A DNA stretch of 64,000 bases from Candidatus Latescibacterota bacterium (lineage in GTDB: Bacteria > Latescibacterota > UBA2968), in assembly GCA_965208125.1 (NCBI GenBank), contig OZ242320.1, positions 4,832,001 through 4,896,000 of the forward strand, read 5' to 3'. Positions 18,132 through 27,346 of the stretch are shown here, one piece after another; the first letter of the stretch is position 1, and every line of letters starts with the position of its first letter. The position numbers and the translations under genes were made by a program. The notes beneath the pieces are model-generated. The model was not told the DNA's origin and did no database searches. It saw only the letters and a list, made by a program, of their open reading frames with translations.

Positions 18132-18368
18132 ATGGCAACAGTTGAAGAAACACAAGCGGAATTGAAAGGTCAGTTTGAACAGTTTTCACACCGACAACAA
18201 CGCCTTGAAACAGAAGTAGATAACACACGTAGCGAATTGACACAAGCGATTAGGGACTTGTCTAATAAGATAGACAGTAGTTTTTCATCCCTTCGGCAAT
18301 TACTCGTCACATTGATTATAGCTGCCTGTGCGGTCATCGGGCTGGTGGTCACGCTTTTTGGCAACTGA
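18132..18368 (+). CDS. Small coiled-coil protein with C-terminal TM anchor
   Basis: Heptad-rich N-terminus, hydrophobic LLVTLIIAACAVIGLVVTLF tail, AAGGA RBS and its own terminator. Confidence 0.7.
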   Translation: MATVEETQAELKGQFEQFSHRQQRLETEVDNTRSELTQAIRDLSNKIDSSFSSLRQLLVTLIIAACAVIGLVVTLFGN

Positions 18369-18391
18369 CTGGTCACTCTTTCTGTTTTTTC

Positions 18392-18422
18392 GCCCCTGTA
18401 CCCCTCGGTTCAGGGGCTTTTT
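18392..18422 (+). terminator. Rho-independent terminator
   Basis: GCCCCTG...CAGGGGC followed by TTTTT. Confidence 0.7.
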
Positions 18423-18446
18423 CTTTTTTTAAATAATACTTTGGCC

Positions 18447-18514
18447 TGACAATTGAACACTGGCAATTTGACATGATATGCCAAAAATGGGTGCTTGTCT
18501 ATGCCATATCATCA
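18447..18514. promoter_or_regulatory. Putative enhancer (UAS) sites for a sigma-54 activator
   Basis: Four TGNCA-started boxes (TGACAATTGAACA, TGGCAATTTGACA, TGCCAAAAATGGG, TGCCATATCATCA) 90-150 bp upstream of the -24/-12 promoter, separated from it by an AT-rich spacer. Confidence 0.45.
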
Positions 18515-18599
18515 GGCCGAGAGATGGTGCAGAATACCAAAAAAATTTAAAATGTTTATTTACAATATGTTATTCAAATTTTTCTAAAATAGAAATTTG

Positions 18600-18615
18600 T
18601 GGCACGGGAATTGCA
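18600..18615 (+). promoter_or_regulatory. Sigma-54 (-24/-12) promoter of hsp20
   Basis: TGGCACGGGAATTGCA matches TGGCACG-N4-TTGCW exactly. Confidence 0.8.
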
Positions 18616-18671
18616 ATAGAAATAGGGCGAGACGAACAAGCAACCAACAACCAATAACAGGAGGTATTGAG

Positions 18672-19109
18672 ATGGCACTTATTCGTTGGCAGCAACCCCG
18701 TGAGTCTTTCGCGCTGAATCGCGAAATCGACAATCTGGTGAGCAAGTTCTGGGGCGACCTGGACACCTGGCACGGCACGGGCTGGCATCCCCGCGTGGAT
18801 GTAGTGGAATCGGATCATGAATTCACTGTTCACGCCGAATTGCCCGGACTGAACAAGGATGATATCAAGGTGACGCTCGAAGACAATGTGCTCACAATTG
18901 AAGGCGAGCGGAAGCACGAAGACGAGCAGAAGGATAAGCAGTTCTTCCGTCGTGAACGTTCCTACGGGAAATTTAAGCGCGCCTTCAAGCTCGGCACAGA
19001 AGTACAGGCCGACAAAATTGCTGCAAATTACAAGGATGGGGTTTTGACCTTGACGGTGCCCAAGTCCGAAGCAGCAAAACCGCGGCAGATTGAAGTTGCA
19101 GTGTCGTAA
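18672..19109 (+). CDS. Hsp20/alpha-crystallin small heat-shock protein
   Basis: PRVDVVE, AELPG, LTIEGER, ERSYGKFKRAF, ANYKDGVLTLTVPK, C-terminal I-E-V. AGGAGGT RBS. Confidence 0.96.
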   Translation: MALIRWQQPRESFALNREIDNLVSKFWGDLDTWHGTGWHPRVDVVESDHEFTVHAELPGLNKDDIKVTLEDNVLTIEGERKHEDEQKDKQFFRRERSYGKFKRAFKLGTEVQADKIAANYKDGVLTLTVPKSEAAKPRQIEVAVS

Positions 19110-19129
19110 AAGAGCCAGCCCAAAAAAAT

Positions 19130-19171
19130 AAAAGCCCGGATGAACTTTTGAAAAGTTTTTCCGGGCTTTTT
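19130..19171 (+). terminator. Rho-independent terminator
   Basis: AAAAGCCCGGA...TCCGGGCTTTTT. Confidence 0.8.
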
Positions 19172-19300
19172 GTTTTATACATCCCCTTTTTCTTCTTTAC
19201 TCATATTATTCTCCGCTGTATCATTGAAACCATATCTGTTTCATCTTGAAATACCCAAAAATTCTGTATATCCCGGTTCAGAATAATTGAGGAGGCATTC

Positions 19301-20341
19301 ATGGCAGAAAGAGTAAAAGTGGCCGCATTGGGGCTGGCGCATGATCATGTGTGGTCAAATTTGCGGGCACTCAAAGCGCTGGATAATGCTGTGCTGGTGG
19401 CTGGTGCAGATGGCAATGCGGAGTTGCGAGAACAATTTGTCGAGGCAACGGGTTGTGAATTGGTATATGATGATTTTGAAGCGTTGCTGAACAATGAGGA
19501 GCCGGATGCGGTGTTTGTATTTACCCCGACGGCACACCACGCCGATGTGGTGGAGTTGTGTGCGCCGCGCGGGATTCATGTGATGGTTGAAAAACCAATG
19601 GCAGCGACCTTAGAGCAAGCGGACCGCATGTTGACGGCTGCGCGAAAGGCGGGGACGGTGTTGATGGTCAATTGGCCGACAGCGTGGAATCGCGGCATCC
19701 GCACGGCTTATCGCCTGGTGCAAGAAGGCGCGATCGGACAGGTGTGGCAACTGCTGTGGCGCGGTGGGCATTGTGGGCCGGATGAGTTGGGGTGTTCCGA
19801 ACATTTTTGCGATTTCCTATTCGATAGTCATCTCAATGGCGCGGGTGCTTTTAACGATTACGGGGGATATGGCGCGAGTTTGTGTGTGTTGTTTTTGGGG
19901 CGGCCAAATCGCGTGGTGGGAATGGCGGGGCGGCTGTTGAAAACGCATTTGCCCGTAGATGATAATGGGATGATGATTTTGCGCTATCCAAATGCGATGT
20001 GCCGGCTGGAGATGACATGGACAGAAGCCGTGCCGAACAAGCCGCCGCACGATTTGATGTTGCACGGGACGGAAGGGACGATTATTGCGGGAAGTGATGT
20101 TGTTTTGTACACGCGCGGCAGTAAAAATGGCAAAACAATTGCGCCAGATGCATTGCCCGAAGGGGAAAATAATGCCTCCGAACATTTTATTCATTGTATT
20201 CAATCTGACGCATCGCCCGGTTTTGTGACTTGTGCGGATTTGTCGCGCAATGCACAGGAAATTATGGAGGCAGGGCTTGTTTCTGCGACCAATGGCATTA
20301 CCATGTCATTGCCCATTGAAGATCATTTGTTCAGGGAGTAG
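19301..20341 (+). CDS. Gfo/Idh/MocA family oxidoreductase
   Basis: LGLAHDH, HVMVEKPMA, MVNWPTAW, GAGAFNDYGGYG. Confidence 0.9.
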   Translation: MAERVKVAALGLAHDHVWSNLRALKALDNAVLVAGADGNAELREQFVEATGCELVYDDFEALLNNEEPDAVFVFTPTAHHADVVELCAPRGIHVMVEKPMAATLEQADRMLTAARKAGTVLMVNWPTAWNRGIRTAYRLVQEGAIGQVWQLLWRGGHCGPDELGCSEHFCDFLFDSHLNGAGAFNDYGGYGASLCVLFLGRPNRVVGMAGRLLKTHLPVDDNGMMILRYPNAMCRLEMTWTEAVPNKPPHDLMLHGTEGTIIAGSDVVLYTRGSKNGKTIAPDALPEGENNASEHFIHCIQSDASPGFVTCADLSRNAQEIMEAGLVSATNGITMSLPIEDHLFRE

Positions 20342-20344
20342 GGG

Positions 20345-22615
20345 ATGCGGTGGTTTATTTTTGTCGTATTTACTATTGCTTTTGCCGCTCAAAGTGGGGC
20401 GCAAGAGAATGTGATTGATCGTGACAGTCTCGCAGTTTTACTGGCCGAAGTACCGGTTGATACACTGGTCGCAAAACTGGGTGACTCTCTGTTTTCACCC
20501 CCAGAGGGTAGGGCACGTATTTTGCGCGATGCCTATGGCGTACCACATATTTATGGGCACACAGATGTGGATGTCGCATTTGGTTTTGGCTATGCACAGG
20601 CAGAAGATCACCTCTTGCAGATGTTGAAGAATTTTCGCCAGGCCAGAGGGCGTTTGGCCGAGGTCGAAGGTGCTTCGGCCTTAAAATCAGATGAAATGGC
20701 TTTGCGGTGGCGCATTCACAGTGTGGCCGGTGAACGGTATGGAGATATTTCTGAGGAGACGCAGCAATATATCGCGGCTTTTGTTGAGGGTATCAACCAC
20801 TATATTGCGATTCATCAGCAGGTATTGCCGCAGTGGGTTCAGGATGTGCGAGCGGTAGATGTAGTGGCTCTTGCGCGGTGGATTTTATTTTTGTTTGCCG
20901 AGCAAACCGGTGAATCCGAATTGGCCCATGTGGGATTGACGACAACGGTTCCCAAATTGCCGGGATCCAATATGTGGGTTGTGGGGGCGTCTCGGTCTGG
21001 CAGTGGCGCGCCCTTGCTGGCGATGGATGTACAGTTGCCGTACACAACACCCTTTCAGCTTTGCGAGGCGCATCTGGTTAGCAAGGCGGGTTTGGATGTG
21101 ATGGGGGCGACATTTTTTGGGTTGCCGATTATTTTTGTCGGTCACAATAATCACATTGCCTGGTCAATAACCACCAATGATATTGATGTTTTTGATTTGT
21201 ACGAGGAGCGTCTGGATCCCATCAATCCCAGACGCTATTTTTACAGGAACGAGAAAAGGCGTGTGCTGTCGCGACATGTGAAAATTGGCATACATAGCGA
21301 GCATGGAATTCGGGAAGTTGAGCGCGAGTTGCGCTATACCGATCACGGCCCGGTTTATAAGACGATTGGCAACTGGGCTTATGCGGGGCGTACGAGTGTG
21401 GAAAATCGCGTGGATGCAATAGGGCAATTGTTGGGGATGAATCGCGCGGTAACACTGAACAATTTTCAGCAGGCGCTTTCGCATTTGGAGTTGCCGGTTT
21501 TCAATGTGATATACGGCGATGTGACAGGCGAAATTTTTTATGTGTTTAATGGCCGCTGTCCCGTGCGATCAGAAAATTTCGACTGGCGCGCACCCGTGCC
21601 GGGTTGGACGCCTGAAACAGAGTGGAGAAGTGTGATCGCATTTTCTGAATTGCCACAAGTGCATAATCCCGCTTCTGGCTTTTTGCAGAATTGCAGTGTC
21701 TCTCCAGATGTGGTTGCGATTGATAGTGGTCTTAAAAGGGACGATTTCCCACTGTTTTTGGGGTGGGGAACGCCCAATTATCGTGCACAGCGAATTGCGA
21801 ACTGGCTGCTCGCGCATCAAAATATCTCGGTTGGTGATATGCAGATTTTGCTGCGGGATGACTATCTCTTTGATGTAGAAGAATATAAGGGGCTGATTTT
21901 TCGCGCGTATAACCGCGCCTGGCCTGTGCTATACGACCCCAACTGGGAGGTAGGCAAGGCTGTTCAAATTCTCAGGGTATGGGATAATCGGGCGAGTTTA
22001 GAGAGCGTTGGCACGCTTTTGTTTTCGATTTGGAAGGCCCGATTCAATTCGTCGTTCGCACAGGTTCCGCAAAAGCGAGATATTTTGGTTCGGGAAAAGG
22101 TCGCATTGGAGGCGTTGCAACAGGCGGTCGCATATATGACCGCGACTTACGGGCGATTGGATGTGCCCTGGGGGCAGGTGCATTATTTGAAGCGAGGAGA
22201 TCGCACTTTTCCGGTGAGTGGTGCGCCTTCTGGTACGGAGGCTTTGCGTCAGACGCTGACCCGGATAGAAGCAGATGGCACAATGGCTATCGAAGGTGGA
22301 TCGGCTTTTGGAATGGTGGTTTCGCTGATGCAGCCGGTGCAGTCGTGGAGTGCGCTGGCTTATGGGAATAGCGAAGATCTCGAGTCTCCCCATTATGACG
22401 ATCAGGCCGATTTACAACATCGCAATACATTTAAGAAGACGGTTTTTACAATTGGTGATTTGCAACCTGTTCTGACTGATCTGACAACGGTTCCTTACGA
22501 TCCCGAAGAAGCCGAACACCAATCGCTTAAGGTTCTCTGGCGCAAGCAGTTGCAAACAGGTGTAGTCGCTCTCGATTCTACAAATACTGAGTCAGAATCC
22601 TCAAGCGACGATTAA
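20345..22615 (+). CDS. Penicillin acylase family Ntn-hydrolase (peptidase S45)
   Basis: Signal peptide, RDAYGVPHIY, FGFGYAQAED, beta-chain start GSNMWVV, SPHYDDQ. Confidence 0.9.
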   Translation: MRWFIFVVFTIAFAAQSGAQENVIDRDSLAVLLAEVPVDTLVAKLGDSLFSPPEGRARILRDAYGVPHIYGHTDVDVAFGFGYAQAEDHLLQMLKNFRQARGRLAEVEGASALKSDEMALRWRIHSVAGERYGDISEETQQYIAAFVEGINHYIAIHQQVLPQWVQDVRAVDVVALARWILFLFAEQTGESELAHVGLTTTVPKLPGSNMWVVGASRSGSGAPLLAMDVQLPYTTPFQLCEAHLVSKAGLDVMGATFFGLPIIFVGHNNHIAWSITTNDIDVFDLYEERLDPINPRRYFYRNEKRRVLSRHVKIGIHSEHGIREVERELRYTDHGPVYKTIGNWAYAGRTSVENRVDAIGQLLGMNRAVTLNNFQQALSHLELPVFNVIYGDVTGEIFYVFNGRCPVRSENFDWRAPVPGWTPETEWRSVIAFSELPQVHNPASGFLQNCSVSPDVVAIDSGLKRDDFPLFLGWGTPNYRAQRIANWLLAHQNISVGDMQILLRDDYLFDVEEYKGLIFRAYNRAWPVLYDPNWEVGKAVQILRVWDNRASLESVGTLLFSIWKARFNSSFAQVPQKRDILVREKVALEALQQAVAYMTATYGRLDVPWGQVHYLKRGDRTFPVSGAPSGTEALRQTLTRIEADGTMAIEGGSAFGMVVSLMQPVQSWSALAYGNSEDLESPHYDDQADLQHRNTFKKTVFTIGDLQPVLTDLTTVPYDPEEAEHQSLKVLWRKQLQTGVVALDSTNTESESSSDD

Positions 22616-22656
22616 AAAATACCCCGTACTTTGAGACATTGTATCAGGAGGTGATT

Positions 22657-25077
22657 ATGCGTTTTTGGATATTATTTTTCGCACTGATGGCAGTTGTTTC
22701 CGATCATGTATATGCACAGGGTATGGTCCAACAGGTAGTGGGGGATCTCGTTTATGTGAAAGGGCTTTCGGCTGATCTGGATGGGAAATTGCGGGTTGCA
22801 GGCGATGACGGTGCGGTTTTGCAGGTAATCAAGGTGTTGCCCAATATGGTGGTTGCACGCGTGGTTGAGGAAAATGGTTCGCCGGTAAAATCTGGGGATC
22901 GGACTCAGGTGGATGATGATACGCTTGTAGGCTCGCCGCGCAGGATAACGCATGCGACGCGGGTTGCAGAGGCCCCGCGCATTGACGGACGGTTGGACGA
23001 TGCGGTTTGGCAACAGGCGCAGGCCGCAGAGGGGTTTGTTCAGCGCGATCCAAAATACTGGATGCCGGTGACTGAGCGGACGGTTGTGAAAATTATTTAC
23101 GACAATGAGAAAATTTATTTTGGTTTTGAATGTTATGACAAAAATCCCGGTCTCATTGTCACCAATAATATGCGTCGAGATTCTCAGCTTTCCGGCGATG
23201 ACAATATCCAGTTGTTGCTCGATCCGTTTAATGACAAACAGAATGGGGTTTTCTTTTTTGTCAATGCGCTCGGTGCGCGGACAGATATGCTTTTGTCAAA
23301 TGAAGGGCGAACGACGAATGAAGATTGGGATTGTATCTGGGAGGCGCGGTGTGTGCGCCACGAGATGGGCTGGACTGCCGAAATAGCGATTCCATTTAAT
23401 CAACTCCGTTTCAATCCGTCTGATGAGATGGAATGGGGAATTAACATGGGGCGTTATATCGGTCACAAGAACGAAGAGACCGCGTTTATTGTCGGGCGAC
23501 ATACGCCGTCGCCCCGGCGGCGATATCAAATGACAGATATGGGTGTGTTGCGCGGATTAAAGGCTGTTGAGAGAAAGCGGCTTTTTCAGGTCAAGCCGTA
23601 TGTGTTGCCGGGGACTTCGCGCAATTTTGCGGGCGATGAGGATGAAAAACGCACGTTTGAAGCGGGTGCAGATGTGCGCTATGGCCTGACGCCCAATCTC
23701 GCACTGGATGTGTCTTATAATACGGATTTTGCCCAGGTCGAAGCCGATCAAGAGCAGGTGAATTTGACGCAGTTTTCTCAGTTTTTTCCTGAAAAGCGAG
23801 AATTTTTCCTGGAGGGGGCGCAGTTGTTTGACTTTGGCGAGGCCGCGTCAACTCGTGGGGGCGATGTGCGCCCACCAACACTGCTGTTTTACAGCAGAAG
23901 AATCGGTCTGGATGAGGGGCAGCCTGTGCCGATTCTCGCAGGGGGCAAATTGGCCGGCAAAGCCGGGCGTACCAGTATTGGCGCATTAAATGTGCTGACG
24001 GATTCTGAGATGCTGGACACGCAGACGCTACCGCGCAGGAATTTTTCCGTGCTTCGGATCAAGCGCGATGTGTTCGCGCGGTCCAATGTGGGATTTATCT
24101 GGGTAAATAAACAAAGCGAAGTGTCCGAAGGCGGGTGGGGCGACTACAATCGCGCAGGGGGGCTGGATTTCAGTTTTTCGCCTTCAACAGCGGTCAATAT
24201 TCAGGCGTTTTATGCGCGCACCTGGGATAAGGACGCCGAAGAAGTGGATGACGCGCGGTATCTTCGCTTTTCGTATAGCGGTACCAAATACTCGGGTTCG
24301 GCAACAGTTCTGGATGTAGGGGACAATTTTGAGCCGGAGGCGGGGTTTGTCAACCGGCGGCGTGGCATTCGGGGATTTCGGCGTTACAATGTCAATCTAT
24401 CCTATTTGCCGCGTCCCAGAGTAGCCAATATCCGCAATTTGAGGTTCACGCCCGATATTCAAGTGATTGAAGACGACGAAGGCGAGGTGCCGTTCCAGCG
24501 GTTCAGACTTGACGGTGTGCTCGCACTTCAGACGGCTGACCGCTTTTTGGTGCGTATGGAGAGAACCCGCGATGTCGTCACACGGCCTTTTAGACCGTCG
24601 AGTAAGCGGCCCGATGTCGCCATTCCGCCGGACGAATATACTTTTACATCGTTCAGGCTGGGACCGGATACGGCAAGTTATCGCAAATTGCAGTTGGATT
24701 TTGATTTTCTGGTGGGGACCTATTATACGGGACACCTGTATCGGGTGACGGCAGAGAATGCCTATCGGCCCAATGGCAGATTGGGTATTGAGTTGATTTA
24801 CGATGGCAATTGGATTCGCTTGCCACAGGCCAATCTCAATATTCAGGCATTGAGTACGCGGTTGATTTACTCGTTTACAACCGATTTCTTTTTTAAAATT
24901 TTCGCACAGTGGAATAGTGATAGCGAATCCGTGGGCGCAAACTTTTTGCTCAATTACCGGTTCCGGCCGGGCAGCGATATTTTCTTTGTCTATGATCACG
25001 GGTTTGGAACCGCTGGCGATCTTCACCAGACCAGCCGAGCCTTGCTGCTCAAGGTGTCGTATTTGATTGGGTTGTGA
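22657..25077 (+). CDS. CBM9-like sugar-binding domain plus DUF5916-type outer-membrane barrel protein
   Basis: PRIDGRLDDAVW, GWTAEIAIPF, NTDFAQVEAD, FPEKREFFLEG, LFYSRRIG, C-terminal KVSY. Confidence 0.8.
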   Translation: MRFWILFFALMAVVSDHVYAQGMVQQVVGDLVYVKGLSADLDGKLRVAGDDGAVLQVIKVLPNMVVARVVEENGSPVKSGDRTQVDDDTLVGSPRRITHATRVAEAPRIDGRLDDAVWQQAQAAEGFVQRDPKYWMPVTERTVVKIIYDNEKIYFGFECYDKNPGLIVTNNMRRDSQLSGDDNIQLLLDPFNDKQNGVFFFVNALGARTDMLLSNEGRTTNEDWDCIWEARCVRHEMGWTAEIAIPFNQLRFNPSDEMEWGINMGRYIGHKNEETAFIVGRHTPSPRRRYQMTDMGVLRGLKAVERKRLFQVKPYVLPGTSRNFAGDEDEKRTFEAGADVRYGLTPNLALDVSYNTDFAQVEADQEQVNLTQFSQFFPEKREFFLEGAQLFDFGEAASTRGGDVRPPTLLFYSRRIGLDEGQPVPILAGGKLAGKAGRTSIGALNVLTDSEMLDTQTLPRRNFSVLRIKRDVFARSNVGFIWVNKQSEVSEGGWGDYNRAGGLDFSFSPSTAVNIQAFYARTWDKDAEEVDDARYLRFSYSGTKYSGSATVLDVGDNFEPEAGFVNRRRGIRGFRRYNVNLSYLPRPRVANIRNLRFTPDIQVIEDDEGEVPFQRFRLDGVLALQTADRFLVRMERTRDVVTRPFRPSSKRPDVAIPPDEYTFTSFRLGPDTASYRKLQLDFDFLVGTYYTGHLYRVTAENAYRPNGRLGIELIYDGNWIRLPQANLNIQALSTRLIYSFTTDFFFKIFAQWNSDSESVGANFLLNYRFRPGSDIFFVYDHGFGTAGDLHQTSRALLLKVSYLIGL

Positions 25078-25110
25078 GATAAGGGGAGAATAAAAAAGAA
25101 AGGTGCAGCA

Positions 25111-25899
25111 ATGTACAACCTATTATGCGTTCTGATTCTATCAATGGTAATAGGACCTCCCGATTCGGTAAAGGCAGTTGATGATTCGAAAACGTTGGAT
25201 CGCGTGAGAATCGGTGACAAGTGGGGGTTTGCCGACTCGACAGGCAAGATGGTTATCGATCCGATTTTTGACCTTACCTGGGGATTTTCAGAGGGATCAG
25301 AGGGATTGGCTGCTGTGAAAGTTAGGGACAAGTGGGGATATATCAACCCTGAAAGTGAGATCGTTATCAAGCTGCAATTTGATGAGGCCTGGTCTTTTTC
25401 GGAAGGATTGGCGCGTGTAAAAATTGGTCGCAAGTGGGGATATATCGATCAGACAGGTGAGATGGTGATTAAGCCACAGTTTGACTATGCCCAGTCTTTT
25501 TCAAAAGGGTTGGCTATGGTGCAAAACGAGGGGTATTGGCGGTACATCGACAAGAGTGGACAGTATATCAAGAATACAGACGGCAGTGGCATGAATACGA
25601 TTGACGGTTTGCCACCACCGCCATCGGGTGTAATTGAGCAACGACCAGAACTCGTGCATTCCGTATCGCCGGTTTATCCCAAAGATGCCTGGGAAGCCAG
25701 GCTGACTGGAAAAGTGATTTTGAGATTTTTGGTTGAGAAGGATGGTCGGGTGAGCAATGTGACGGTGCTTAGAGGTCAAGAAGTTTTCCGGCAGGCAGCG
25801 ATTGATGCTCTTATGCAATTCCGGTTCAAGCCCGCACAAATAGACGATGAATCGATTTCCGTCTGGATGACACAGGCGATTTCATTCAATTTGAAATGA
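25111..25899 (+). CDS. WG (KWG) repeat protein fused to a TonB C-terminal domain
   Basis: Repeated KWGY/F I.....I.PQFD.A.SFSEGLA units. Then a PPPP linker and PVYP..A....G.V.LRF.V..DG.V..V......FKPA. Confidence 0.85.
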   Translation: MYNLLCVLILSMVIGPPDSVKAVDDSKTLDRVRIGDKWGFADSTGKMVIDPIFDLTWGFSEGSEGLAAVKVRDKWGYINPESEIVIKLQFDEAWSFSEGLARVKIGRKWGYIDQTGEMVIKPQFDYAQSFSKGLAMVQNEGYWRYIDKSGQYIKNTDGSGMNTIDGLPPPPSGVIEQRPELVHSVSPVYPKDAWEARLTGKVILRFLVEKDGRVSNVTVLRGQEVFRQAAIDALMQFRFKPAQIDDESISVWMTQAISFNLK

Positions 25900-26082
25900 A
25901 GTGACGACTTCAAACAGATGGTCTGCTAAGCAGTTGTAATCGCCTCCCTCAGCCATATCATAGGAGATAATGTAGCACCTGTTCATTTCAGTTCATCTTA
26001 TAAAAAAACAGTCAAGGGAGAGGCCTCGCTACCTCGGTAATAGGCCCAACCTTGACTATGCGATAATTTTACTCCACTCTCA

Positions 26083-26481
26083 TCAAGAAACGTCAACCGT
26101 GTTGGATTGTTTTTTGGTTTCATGAGATAACACAGCCAAAGCAACCTTTCTTGCCCAAAAGAGATTGGGTGTACCATCAACTATTATTTGTGCCAAAAGT
26201 TGACCTTCGTCTGGGTTGTAATCCTGGATAATGGTCAAGTAGGCTGCTATGGATATATCCCAGGGATTTTCATAATTTTGATCAATAGGACGATTGCAGA
26301 CTTCGACTGCCCTTTTCCAGAGTTTCCTATAAGCAGAGCCATCTTCGATGCGATCTCGAAGTTGTTTAACCTCATTTTGATTACAAACTATCGATCCAAA
26401 TGTTCGAAATCCACTCGCGACGCCCACTCTGGCTCCAAACTCGAAACTTTCAATCGCTTTGAATAAGTTTTGAAGACTCAT
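26083..26481 (-). CDS. Hypothetical helical protein, translationally coupled to the upstream gene
   Basis: 132-aa ORF whose ATG overlaps the upstream stop (ATGA), with AAGGAG upstream. Confidence 0.65.
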   Translation of the reverse strand: MSLQNLFKAIESFEFGARVGVASGFRTFGSIVCNQNEVKQLRDRIEDGSAYRKLWKRAVEVCNRPIDQNYENPWDISIAAYLTIIQDYNPDEGQLLAQIIVDGTPNLFWARKVALAVLSHETKKQSNTVDVS

Positions 26482-26996
26482 GGATCACTCCTTCTTTCTG
26501 TCCAGACTTCCCAATCATCAAATTGCAATGCCTCCGGAAGATCTTTTATTTTGTGAAAATACTCCCCATCCTCTCCCCATTTGCTCAAAACAATCCGTTC
26601 AATTTCACCATCTTCATCAGGTGGTGCATTACCGAATATCCGCCCAACGTGAATGACTTCGCTGGATAATGTATAAACCACAATATCATCGCCCTTTGCT
26701 TCTACTTCCTCGATCTTCCGATAGCTGTCCTCTTCAAGGATCATGCGTACCTGCTGATCATCAATATGGACACGGCGTGTAGCGAAGACCATACCAACAC
26801 AATTGTAAACGCCACTAATTGATCTGAGATGAGCACCTACTCTGTTGGCAAAATTCTCGTGTACATCTATTTTCGCCTGTATTACCTCTGGCAGTAATTC
26901 TTGGCGCTTTTCATTGGGTATCCATACCCCTGATTTTGTGGATAGTTCAATGCTCTTTGAATCACTCGGGTTTCCCTGGTTGAAGATATGAATCAT
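26478..26996 (-). CDS. Hypothetical protein with papain-like Cys-His motif
   Basis: YNCVGMVF...DDIVVY...HVG...SKWG...H pattern. AT-rich. Confidence 0.65.
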   Translation of the reverse strand: MIHIFNQGNPSDSKSIELSTKSGVWIPNEKRQELLPEVIQAKIDVHENFANRVGAHLRSISGVYNCVGMVFATRRVHIDDQQVRMILEEDSYRKIEEVEAKGDDIVVYTLSSEVIHVGRIFGNAPPDEDGEIERIVLSKWGEDGEYFHKIKDLPEALQFDDWEVWTERRSDP

Positions 26997-27253
26997 AGAG
27001 AGCCTATATAAGATACTTACTCTAAGAACTTTTTTAAAGCCTTAATTTAATAAGGCTTAGCACTAAAAAGAAATATGTTTATTCGCAACTCGGTCTTATT
27101 GACGTTCATCCTTGAACATGGTCAGATTTCTTAGTCCTGTTGATAATTTTACTCAAAATTTATGTGCAAATCAAGGGCGGTTGTGATAAATATTAGAAGT
27201 CGAGGCAGGGATGCCTCTCTTATAGGTTTATTTTTGCTATGTACTTTAAAATT

Positions 27254-27284
27254 AAAAAGCACCCGAGTTCCATCCGGGTGCTTT
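27254..27284 (-). terminator. Terminator of the ExbB/ExbD-like operon
   Basis: AAAGCACCCG...CGGGTGCTTT inverted repeat. The A-run gives a U-tract on the minus strand. Confidence 0.7.
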
Positions 27285-27308
27285 CTGTTTTTTGGGAGGG
27301 AGGGTATT

Positions 27309-27343
27309 ATCTGCGTTCATCCGTGTTAATCTGCGGATGCTTC
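27309..27343. repeat. Dispersed intergenic repeat, copy 1
   Basis: The reverse complement GAAGCATCCGCAGAT-TAACACGG-ATGAACGCAGAT matches 57609-57642. Confidence 0.6.
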
Positions 27344-27346
27344 TTC

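Noticed and set aside
27057-27083. CIRCE operator (TTAGCACT)
   Set aside because: Only a half-site. There is no GAGTGCTAA arm at the 9-nt spacing and no chaperone gene follows.
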